A stretch of 62,940 nt of DNA, the filler included, from Kipferlia bialata (taxonomy: Eukaryota): NCBI GenBank assembly GCA_003568945.1. It is 5 parts of 4 records of this genome, joined end to end, with 100 filler letters (N's around TTAATTAATTAA, not from the genome) between each part and the next. Parts side by side here need not be neighbours in the genome. Positions count along the whole stretch, not along the records: positions 1 to 20,156 come from BDIP01000389.1; 4 more parts are not named here. One strand, written 5' to 3'. The position numbers and the translations under genes were made by a program. Below are positions 1-11,013 of this stretch, in pieces (position 1 is the first letter of the stretch; each line of letters begins with the position of its first letter). The notes beneath the pieces were generated by a model. That model was not told the DNA's origin and searched no databases. It saw nothing but the letters and a program-made list of their open reading frames with translations.

Positions 1-25
1 TATCTCTCTCTATACTCACTTACAG

Positions 26-338
26 GTGGCTACTACGAGGGTGACTTTGTGACTGGGTACATGCAGGGCACAGGCATCAGGGTCAACGTAGATGGATCTA
101 GTTATGAGGTAGGCTGTACATATATGTGTATAGAGAGAGAGAGAGACTGGGCACAGGCATCAGGGTCAACGTAGACGGGTCTAGCTATGAGGTATGGTAT
201 ATATATATATTGATAGAGAGAGAGAGAGAGAGAGAGGTTGTACATGCAGGGCACAGGCATCAGGGTCAATGTGGACGGGTCTAGCTATGAGGTATGGTAT
301 TATAGATAGATGTATATATATAATTAGTATATATATGT

Positions 339-377
<39 letters not shown>

Positions 378-547
378 CTGGGCACAGGCATCAGGGTCAA
401 TGTGGACGGGTCTAGCTATGAGGTATGGTGTCGTATCCATATATATATATATGTGCATATATTGTCTCTACTCTCTAACCCCAGGGCCAGATGAAGAGGG
501 ACGTCATGTCAGGCCAGGGAGTCATGAGGTAGGGAGGGTGTATATAC

Positions 548-590
<43 letters not shown>

Positions 591-2377
591 AGTCATGTCG
601 GGGCAGGGAGTCATGAGGTATGGGGAGTATAGGTCACTCTCTATCTCTCTCTCTCTATATACAAATACTAATCTCACCCCCAGATACTCTGATGGTGGCA
701 AGTACTCCGGTGCCTGGAGGGGGGGACTGTTCCACGGCAGGGGGAGGAGGTGTGTGTATGTATATTCAATAATGTGTATGTATTAGCCTCTCTATTAATC
801 CTCAGGTGGTACCCCGATTGCCGTATCTACGATGGAGATATATATCACTATCCAGAATATATCTATATGTGTATATACTTATTTGTGTTCTTATGTCAGA
901 TGGTACCCCGATGGCCGTATCTACGATGGAGAGTTCAGAGACGGACTGGAGGATGGACACGGGACACTAGTGGGTATGGTGTCTATTTGATATTCAATAT
1001 ATGTATATATGCTTATGTAGACACGTGCATGTGTATGGAGTTCAGAGAGGGGCTCGAGGATGGACATATCACTCTAGTGGGTGAGTTATTACATTGTGTC
1101 AATGTGTAAGTATGTATCTGTACACACACTTATCCCCAGGTGATGGCTGGGTGTGTGTGGGCACCTTCCGGACAGGCCAGCTGGATGGGGACGGAGAGGT
1201 ACAGTATGTATATATAAATATACATATAATACACTAATGCATATATACTTGTGTATAAGTGTGTACATTCAGGACAGGTCAACTGGACGGAGATGGAGAG
1301 GTGGGTGTATCTAAATTAAAACACCTCTGCGTAGAGTTGTGTACATTTAGGACATAATATCCTCTCACTCTTTATACTTACTCAAGGTTGAGTACAAGGA
1401 TGTGGGTCCAGTATATACACACCACATCTCTCAGTCTCTCTATGTGTATATGCACTCACTATCAGGTTGAGTACAAGGATGGCAGTATGTGGGTCAGTGT
1501 GTTTATACTTTCATATAGTATGTATACACATATATATATCCATATACATTATTCTTACCCATAGGTCGAGTACAAGGGACCAGGCAGTATGTGGGTCAGT
1601 ATGTTTATACTTTCACATAGTATGTATACACATATGTATATCCATATACATTATTCTTACCCATAGGTCGAGTACAAGGATGGCAGGCAGTATGTTGGTC
1701 AGTGGCAGGGGGGGAAGTTCCACGGATTCGGACGCATATCTTGGGGTGACGGTACTGAGTATGAGGTTGGCGTTATGTGGTGTATCTATTAGTATCTACT
1801 ACATACTCACTCGAAGGGTCTCTTCGATAGACAGTGCATAGTTACATATGCATAGTATATGTATGTATATAGTGCGTGTATTAGTGATATGGACAAATAT
1901 CGAGGGCCGCTTTGAGTAGGACCAACAGAGACAGGACATAGTAGCTTATTCATTGATTACTACTATACATATATATATGTATATATATAGAAATATATAT
2001 ATATATCACTCACTGTCAGGGCCTCTTTGAGCAGGGTCAGAGACAGGGCATGGGAGTACATAGACTAGCCGATGGAGGGGTGTATGAAGGTATAAGGATA
2101 TTGTTATTCATGTTCTTACCAGTAAATATGTATACTAACCTCTAGGCGAGCATGTCCAAGACATGTACCAGGGCCATGTACTCTCTCTCTCTCTCTATAC
2201 ATATATATATATATATGTATATACATACTTATTATCAGGCGAGCATGTGCAGGACATGTACCAGGGGCAGGGCATCAATATCACTCTCTCTCTCTCTCTC
2301 TCTCTCACTCTATCTATATTCCTATGTATACTAACTGTCAGGAGAGCATGTCCAAGACATGTACCAGGGCCGATGCA

Positions 2378-2430
<53 letters not shown>

Positions 2431-3664
2431 GTATATGTTTTCACACTAACCCCTAGGCGAGCATGTCCAGGACATGTACCAGGGCCAGGGCAGGTTCACA
2501 TGGCCCAGCGGACTGGTATTGGAAGGTACGTATATGTATACATACCTATATATATTGATCTCATTCTACACCCTTAATACCAGGCCAGTGGAGCATGTAG
2601 ATATATATATTTTTATGTGTGTGTATGTATATACCAGTGGAGCATGGGCCTCTCTCTCTCTGTATCCCTCTACACCCTTAACCCCTAGGCCAGTGGAGCA
2701 TGGGCGAGGCTAATGGCCAAGGCACTCTCAGATGGCCAACGGGGGTGGAGCTGACATCAATATGGGAGGCAAACAGGTACATACACACACATATATAGAT
2801 TTACATATAGTAGATAAGAATGTATGAATACCATAGTATGTATATAGTACATATGGGAGGCAAACAGGTACAGACGCATTTGTAATGATTTTCGTATTTT
2901 ATGTTCTTCTGACTCTCTACTCTTGTGACTGTATGTGTTCTTCTGACACCAGACCCGTTGGCTCTATCTATATATATATATAGGACTATTGACAGTATCA
3001 ATCTGACTCCCAGACCCGTTGGCTCTATCTATATATATATATATATATAGGACTATTGATAGTATCAATCTGACCCCCAGACCCGTTGGCTCTGGCAGGA
3101 AGATGTACCCAGACGGGTGTGTGTATGAGGTATGGTTGGCGTATAACAACTACACGAAATGATTGGAATATTTGTAGAATCGAAGAGGTTCCTTTGGATG
3201 TATTAATCAATCGGTGTTTTCGAATGTGTGTATTATTATTGTAATACGCAACACCCAAGAGGTATCTAGTCTCACATCCTAGGGAGAACTGACCAATGGC
3301 CACATCCATGGCCACGGGGCATATGTATATACTATGATGTATATATATACTATATACACACTCTCTCTCTCTATATATATAGTATATATACTCATCATTA
3401 GGGCGAGCTTACTAATGGCCACATCCATGGCCACGGGGCATTTGTATATACTATGACACATATTCTCTATGTACTTTCACTAAGTATATATATATACATA
3501 CAGTGTATATACTAACACTGCAGGGCGAGCTGACCAATGGCCACATCCATGGCCACGGGGCATTCTCATGGCCAGACGGCAGATTGTACGAGGGTATAGA
3601 ATATGTGGTATATATATATTGATAGAGAGTGTGTGTGTATCCTAGGAAGGAATATCTATATACG

Positions 3665-3701
<37 letters not shown>

Positions 3702-6182
3702 TATCATATCCATGGCCACGGGGCATTCTCATGGCCAGACGGCTGAGGGTAAGGAATATGTGGTAAATATATATGTATATATGTACAGAGAGAGAGAGAG
3801 AGAGTATCATATCCATGGCCATAGATAGCTACTATATATGTGTGTAGCCATGTTTCTTGATATTATCCACTCCAGTTTTCTCTAACCCCAGGCACCTTCA
3901 GGCATGGTGTCATTGATGGGGATGGCATCATGGAGTTCCCACTGCAGCCTGGCGTGGACTCAGGTAGATAGACTGTCTCTCTCTCTTTCTCTCTGTCTCT
4001 CTACCCTATAGGTGGTGGTCCTGTTGGTGTCATCTTCCTCTCTTTTTTTTCTCTCTCTCTCCCTCTACACCCTTACTATAGGTGGTGGCCCTGTCGGTGG
4101 TGTGGCTGTGTACAGGGGTGCCTTCAGAGACAACCTGTTTGAGGGCAAGGGGGTGCTGGAACTGCCAGACGGATCTTTGTATGAGGTACATCTATATTGA
4201 TACACACATAATAGTTGTATGTATTTGTATATATATTCATTTAGTAAAGGATCTCTATATGAGGTACCATAGATATGTGTATGTATGCATAGAGCGATTT
4301 GTGTGAATATTACCCCAGAGCGAGTGGAACTGTGGCAAGTACTACCATGTGTATCTATATCTATGTGTATCTCTTCGTATCTATTTGTGTATCTATTTTA
4401 TGGGTGTTGTATTCATTTCACCCATGGTTCCGATACAATATAGAATCAGTATGAATTCTATAGGAGATACTAACTCTTCAGGGCGAGTGGAACCGTGGCA
4501 AGTACTGTGGCCAGGGCACATTCAAGTGGGCCAGTACAGGCCAGATGTACACGGGTGAGTATCTTAGTCTCTCTCTCTCTCTCTCTCCCTCTCCCTAAAC
4601 TTCTAGGTGCCTTCCAAGATGGGTCTCTGTCTGGCAGTGACATGTTTATTAGACTCTGTCTATCGTGTGGTATACAAGTAATATATCGTGTAGTATACAA
4701 GTAATATATCGTGTAGTTTACCCCAGGTGCCTTCCAAGATGGGTCTCTGTCTGGCACTGGCCAACTGCTGTACTCATCGGGGGCAGCTATCCAAGGACAG
4801 GTACACAACATATATAGATACAGATATAGATTATATAGCGTATGGATGTATAGATATGGATTATTAGTGTATATGGCCAACTGCTGTACTCATCGGGGGC
4901 AGCCATACAGGGGCAGGTATCTATTGATACATGTTTATGATATATGTATACAGTGCATGTCTCTCTTCCTGTATGTATATACACGTGTATGTACACGTGT
5001 ATACCCATCTAACCCCTCAGTTCTCCAAGGGAGAGGTTGAAGGTAACGCCCAGTACACCATGCCCAGCCTGGCCATTCAGAGGTTAGTATCGCTAGTTCG
5101 AGATGTGTATATGGAATAGTGTTTTGTACACGTATATAACCATATATAGTATGCATTATATGGCAATTATACCCACCCACATCAGAGAGAGAGAGAGGAA
5201 GAAGCAGGGCCTAGCTCCCACCAAGAGGGAGGAGGGGGAGGGGGAGAGCGACGTGCGGTACTCGGTCAAGTACAGTGGCCAGTGGAAGGTATCTCATATT
5301 AGAATTGAAGGACGCTGAATACACTATTTACCCTTGGCCTCTCAGCGATTTTCTCTCCGCCCCCACTCTCTCTCTCTATATATATATTTACCCTTACCCC
5401 AGGCCTCCCAGCCCGATGGGACTGGTGCCTACTACTGGTGCGATGGGTGCAGATACGCAGGGCAGCTGGCAAATGGGCAGTTCGATGGGAAGGTATGATG
5501 CTATATATTATTTAGTATACACATATATGTATCAGTGTGTTCAATTATATGCGTGTGTCTGAATATACTTTCTATAGGCAGGGCAGCTGGCAAATGGGCA
5601 GTTTGATGGGAAGGTACACCACTAATTATGCTTACATGTATTGAGGAATACGTATGTGCAATCTTCTTTAACGGCTTCTTACCATGCAGAGCCGCCAAGT
5701 TGTTGGCTCCCGTGTGTATGTGGGAGAGTTCTCTAAAGATACACTGTATATATATACTAATTCCTTTTCTCTTCCAACAATAGGGCCGCCTCGTTGTTGG
5801 CTCCCGTGTGTATGTGGGAGAGTTCTCCAATGACATGGAGCATGGCAGCGGTAGCCTTCAAGATGGCACCGTTACCGTCGCTGGCAGGTGTGTGTGTATT
5901 AACATATACAATATATAGATGCATTGTGTGTGTATGTGTATACATATACCTATATGCCATGGAGCATGGGAGTGGCAGTCTGTAGGACGGGACTGTTTCA
6001 GTTGCTGGAAGGTATGTATACTATATATATACATATGTATATATATAGTGTACTATACCTGTATGACATGGAGCATGGGAGTGGCAGTCCGCAGGATGGC
6101 ACAGTCACTGTGTCTGGAAGGTATATTGAAGAGTACTCTTAGAGTCTGGTGCAAGTCAAGTCGATATACTATATATATATTA

Positions 6183-6215
<33 letters not shown>

Positions 6216-7096
6216 GTATATATACATATACTCTTACTGTAGGTGGGAGGGTGGTGACATTGTGGAGAGGGTGGTCAAGGTCAAGGACAGGGAGGAGGGG
6301 ACAAGGCTGCTAGAGGCCCTAAGTAGTACTGGAGGTACAGTAGTAGAGTATATATAGTATATATACTATACTATATACATGCTCTATGTATATGTCAAGG
6401 TCAAGGACAGGGAGGAGGGGACAAGACTGCTAGAGGCATTGAGCAGTACTGGAGGTTGTGTTCTGTGTCTTACAATGTTGATATTTAGAGATGTAGAGGT
6501 TCGTTGCCCCTTTATCATGCATGTCTCATGGCAGGCGTGACGGCGATGATGCCCCTGTTACTACTCTCTCTCACTCTCTTCCTCCCTATATATATATATA
6601 TATATATCTGATACCAGGAGTATCTTCAGCAGACACCTTTGGGGATGACTCCCCCCCTGTACACACACACACACACACTCTCTCTCTCTCCCCTCCTCCC
6701 CTCCCCTCACTATAGGTGTAACATCTGCAGATACCTTTGGCGATGACTCCCCCCCCGTGCACAAGGCCCATGCCAATCTGATGGATAGTGCCATCGATGA
6801 CATTGAGAGGTATATACTATACTATATACTATATATATATATACACATGTATATGAATGTGGGTATATATATACCGCAAGGCCCATGCCAATCTGATGGA
6901 TAGTGCTATCGATGACATCGAGAGGTATATACTATATACTATATATATACACACATGTATATGAATGTGGATGCCAAGGCCCATGCCAATCTGATGGATA
7001 GTGCCATCGATGACATAGAGAGGTGTGTATGTATATGTGTGTGGATGTGTATATTTTTCTATTCTCACCCAGGCACCATGCCTCCATTGACTCCAT

Positions 7097-7133
<37 letters not shown>

Positions 7134-7925
7134 TTTTACCTCACCCCCAGGCACCATGCCTCCATAGACCCCCTAGCCCTGATAGACAGACCCAGGGACA
7201 CTAGGTATATTCAGAAATATGTTCATGTTGATACATATATACATACTGTATATGATGTACTGTTTGTGGGTACACACGAGGTCAGGCAGACGCAGTCTCT
7301 CCCTCTCTTTCTCTTTCTCCATACATATACTGACCCTCAGGGGCACCGACCCCAAGACTGATGCAGAGGCCGTTGTATCTCTCTCTCTCTCTCTCTCTCT
7401 ATACATATGTATATCTTCATGTATATTCTATACACTGACCCTAGGGGTGAGACCAAGACTGATGCAGAGGCAGCTGTATCTCTCTCTCTCTCTCTCTCTC
7501 TCTCTACATATATATATATATATATGTATATCTTCATGTATAATCTATACACTGACCCTAGGGGTGAGTCCAAGACTGATGCGGAGGCCGCTGTCATCCT
7601 GTACAGTGACGGCAGATACTACGAGGTATGGATAATGATGAATATAGTATAGTATAGTATAGTATAGTATAGTATACATATGTATATGATATATGATATA
7701 TACACACATCTATGTATAGTGAGGCCGCTGTCATCCTGTACAGTGACGGCAGATACTACGAGGTATGTGTAATAGTGTATATATATAGTANNNNNNNNNN
7801 NNNNNNNNNNNNNNNNNNNNNNNNNNNNNNNNNNNNNNNNNNNNNNNNNNNNNNNNNNNNNNNNNNNNNNNNNNNNTAGAGGGAAGCCGCTGTGTCATTC
7901 TGTACAGTGACGGCAGATACTACGA
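26..7925 (+). repeat. Stacked partial exon copies in introns of the MORN gene
   Basis: Donor-side copies end at 191, 291, 422, 617, 1300, 6011, 6120, 6454, 6924, 7022. Acceptor-side copies start at about 806, 1387, 1466, 1565, 2146, 2239, 2342, 2953, 3014, 3283, 3402, 6618, 7341, 7445. Confidence 0.95.
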
Positions 7926-8792
7926 GGTATGCATAGTACAGATAGCGTGTTATCTATGTAGTGTTTAGCATAACTACTGAACCCGAATTGTCTCTCTCTC
8001 CTTCACCCTTTGACACCAGGGTCTTATCCTACACCCTTATTTCATATGCTACACCCTTATTTCATATGCTACTCCCTTAATACCATATCCTGCACCCTTA
8101 ATACCCAGGGTGAGGTTGGCCAGGGCGAGGGAGACCTCGATGGGGCCAGGGAGACACACCTCAGGCCTAAGGTATGTGTATTGAGTGATGGAACAAGCCT
8201 AAGGTATATATAGTTATGTACTGAGATAGTCTCCTGAATGGGTGCGGTGTGTTTCCAACCCTTTACTTCTGCACCTTAATGTCTCTCTCTCTCTCTTCCT
8301 CTACCCCCTTAATGTCAGGGCGAGGGTGTCATGTATGGCCTGGATGGAGGGGAGAGACACGTTGGCCTGTTTGGAGGAGATGACACAGACCCAGGTAATG
8401 ACTCTACACCCTTTTATCAGCACTCTACACCCTTTATGTACACCTACTGTACCCTTATACCAGGCACGCACTGTCTCGAGTACCCTGCTGACCCAGAGAT
8501 AGACCCTCTAGAGGCAGAGAGAGAGAGAGAGTACGCCGAGGAAGAAAGGGTCACTTTAGAGGACCAGAGCCATCTGGATATGGAGGGTGAGGGAGATATA
8601 GACGCCCAGGCAGACGGAGAGTGGGAGAGAGAGAGAATGGTGGGAGGTGAGTACCAGATCGACCTTGGACTGGATCTAGAGGAGGGAGAGAGAGATACCC
8701 ATGAGAGAGAGGAAGAGGATGAGGGAGATGGGGAGGTCAGTGATCTCTCCGACTCCTTCGAGGGAGACGTCACAGGGCTACCCAAGTACTAA
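26..8792 (+). CDS. MORN-repeat protein, many short exons, 5'-partial, acidic C-terminal tail
   Basis: GT-AG exons join in frame into MORN motifs: 26-108 GGYYEGDFVTGYMQGTGIRVNVDGSSYE; 485-528; 684-749 YSDGGKYSGAWRGGLFHGRG; 1667-1765 VEYKDGRQYVGQWQGGKFHGFGRISWGDGTEYE; 2457-2525; 3524-3593; ~4082-4185 YRGAFRDNLFEGKGVLELPDGSLYE. Last exon 8465-8792 is E/D-rich and ends in TAA. N-gap at 7791-7876. Confidence 0.9.
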
Positions 8793-9262
8793 GGCATTGA
8801 ATATGTACTACTGGAGTAGTATAGTCCTGCAGGTCACTACAGTATAGCACTATGTAGTGTTCATGTCTGAGAGAAGATCTAATCCCGTGTAAGAATAGAT
8901 AGCATATTGCTAAGTATTTGACTCCTTCGATTGTTATTGGACTACCAAAGTACTGAAACAGAGATTACAATTCTCCCTCTCCAGTATAGGCTACCAGTCT
9001 GAAGGTCTCCTTAAGTACAAATACAGGGTTTGTACAACAGTGCTATCCCTTGTAAGATCAGATCACACTGACTACTATAGTACTTGAGTATTATGACGGG
9101 AAATACTACAGTTCCTGTACCATATGGAATAGCATTGAAACTCTTGCGACTGTCAAGTGGAGCCACAAGTGAATGCTATGAAGAAGGTATTGTGTCTATA
9201 CAATCTATTTGCGCTGGTCCTTGTCTACACACAAAGACACACACTCCCTTTTTCTCATCGTC

Positions 9263-10255
9263 TTACTCATCTTCTTTGGTCATAACAACACCAGGAGGTA
9301 TTAGTCCCCACCTCATACCAGAGTGAGGATACACCAATGCAGGGTCTATGTAGTGGAGTGCAGAGGAATCCTTAAACAGCACGGCAAGTGAGGGGGAGAG
9401 CATCCCCAACATAAATCCAAAGCTTGTGTCCGGGAGTCTTGCTGTCTCCCCTGAAATGGTGTCATATGCAAACCACCTAGCCAGGGGAGAGCCCGCTACT
9501 TGCCAGACGATCAGAAGAATGCGTCCGACCGCATAAGCAGTAGCCCTGTGATTGAAGAATCCTATGTTGATATCTGTTTCAGGACTCTCCCATCCGGTCA
9601 CTGGGTGGAAGGATACTATACAGCCACTATCTAGAACCCCATAGGCTATCCCACTAATCACAGGCAGAGGCCCTGTGCCATATCTTAATAGAGGTGTTGC
9701 GATATCCATCGCTACCCAGCCATTACTATAGTGCTCGGCGTCGAACCTCCATGTACCTGCACTACATATCCCTTCTCTGAACATGCCTATCCCTAAGTAG
9801 CAGACTTCTCCTACAGAGAAGAAGAAACTACGGCGTGGCGCTAGAGAGTATCCGAAGGACACATGGAATTCCAGCGGTAAACATGTCAATAGGGGTGAGA
9901 GAGACCTATCGTCCAGTGCACTAGCCGCCATACAGAATCTGTGTCTGCCAACCTCAAACCGGAATCTGTCTACCACTATAAGAACCCCACCGACAACATA
10001 GAGACTAAACGCCTTGAATCGGGTCCCGAGTCCAGACATCGGCAAATGGACAGAGTCCAGGGATGAAAGTGTCTCAGTGTTGACACTTCCGTCGCTCTTT
10101 AGTTGTATCGTCAAAAGATGGCTGTTCTTCTCTTCTCCTGACTGACAAACTAGGTGGTTAAGACCGAATGAAAGGTTTCGGCGTCTGTGTAGGACGCTTA
10201 GGTGCTGGGGGATCTCGGTCGTCTCCACAAAGGGAGAATCATAGCCAGAAGTCAT
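9263..10255 (-). CDS. Intronless Kelch/beta-propeller-like protein of an expanded family
   Basis: Long ORF, likely ATG at 10255 (MTSGYDSP). Contains YVVGGVLIVV, AYAVGRILLIV, WFAYDTISGE and C-terminal HYIDPALVYPHSGMRWGLIPPGVVMTK shared with the neighbouring gene. Confidence 0.75.
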   Translation of the reverse strand: MTSGYDSPFVETTEIPQHLSVLHRRRNLSFGLNHLVCQSGEEKNSHLLTIQLKSDGSVNTETLSSLDSVHLPMSGLGTRFKAFSLYVVGGVLIVVDRFRFEVGRHRFCMAASALDDRSLSPLLTCLPLEFHVSFGYSLAPRRSFFFSVGEVCYLGIGMFREGICSAGTWRFDAEHYSNGWVAMDIATPLLRYGTGPLPVISGIAYGVLDSGCIVSFHPVTGWESPETDINIGFFNHRATAYAVGRILLIVWQVAGSPLARWFAYDTISGETARLPDTSFGFMLGMLSPSLAVLFKDSSALHYIDPALVYPHSGMRWGLIPPGVVMTKEDE

Positions 10256-11013
10256 TGCGTTGATCACAAGAGTCCTCCAATAGCCTCTTGTGTAGTATAT
10301 ACTGGCACAGTCTGTTTGTGCTGTACTAATAGCAGGTGAGTGTGGTTGAAAGAGGTAACTGTCAACTGTTAACACATTACCAAGAGATACCCACAGTATA
10401 CATTTTGGGGGAGTTGGCAAACTGAAGGCTCTTTACAGTGTCGAGTCTAGAGTGTGGAATAGAGATAGGCTTGAGATTCACCAAACAGAGAGTGTGAGCA
10501 CATAGATTGCCAAGTGACGAGTCAAACTGATGCAGAGGAAGAGACAAGTATGCAAACAGAAGAGAATATAATAGGGTAATACTCTGAACTTGACTGGAGT
10601 GATGAGTCATGAATTGTGACTCATAATACAATCACAACACAATGCCTACACTCATAAGCCGATGGCTAAGGTCGATATATTTAGTATCATCGGATGATAA
10701 TTGAGGTCTTTTTGAGCTTGGTCTCGTGCGGTACAGGACCCGTGCCCCTATCAACCAATACATCACATACTTGAGATACTATATATACCCATACCCATAG
10801 ACATCTAGGCATCAAGTGTTTATGACTTATAGATAGACACTTCCCGCTATTGGCAGCAAAGCGACCTTGAGGTTCGCTATTCAGAGACACTTTCATTGAA
10901 TCGCGATATATGAGATTATACTTGAAGGAGACACTCCTCTACCTCTATCAGCACAGATTACTGTCTTCTCCCTAGATGTACTCATTCCCAAGCTCCTCTT
11001 CAGATACACACCC

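Noticed and set aside
2140..2490. CRISPR-like repeat-spacer appearance of the echo arrays
   Set aside because: The repeats are exon fragments with splice sites, the spacers are low-complexity intron DNA of variable length, no cas genes are present and the context is eukaryotic.
5971..5975. TAG at Gln positions in echoes (also ~1917), suggesting the hexamitid TAR=Gln code
   Set aside because: Intact genes here end in TAA or TAG (8792, 9263, 13375, 21063), and long exons lack internal TAR. Single C>T changes in dead copies explain it.
400..8500. Many 60-140 aa ORFs rich in YIYI/SLSL/ERER
   Set aside because: Translations of microsatellite-rich introns; only the embedded exon portions are coding.
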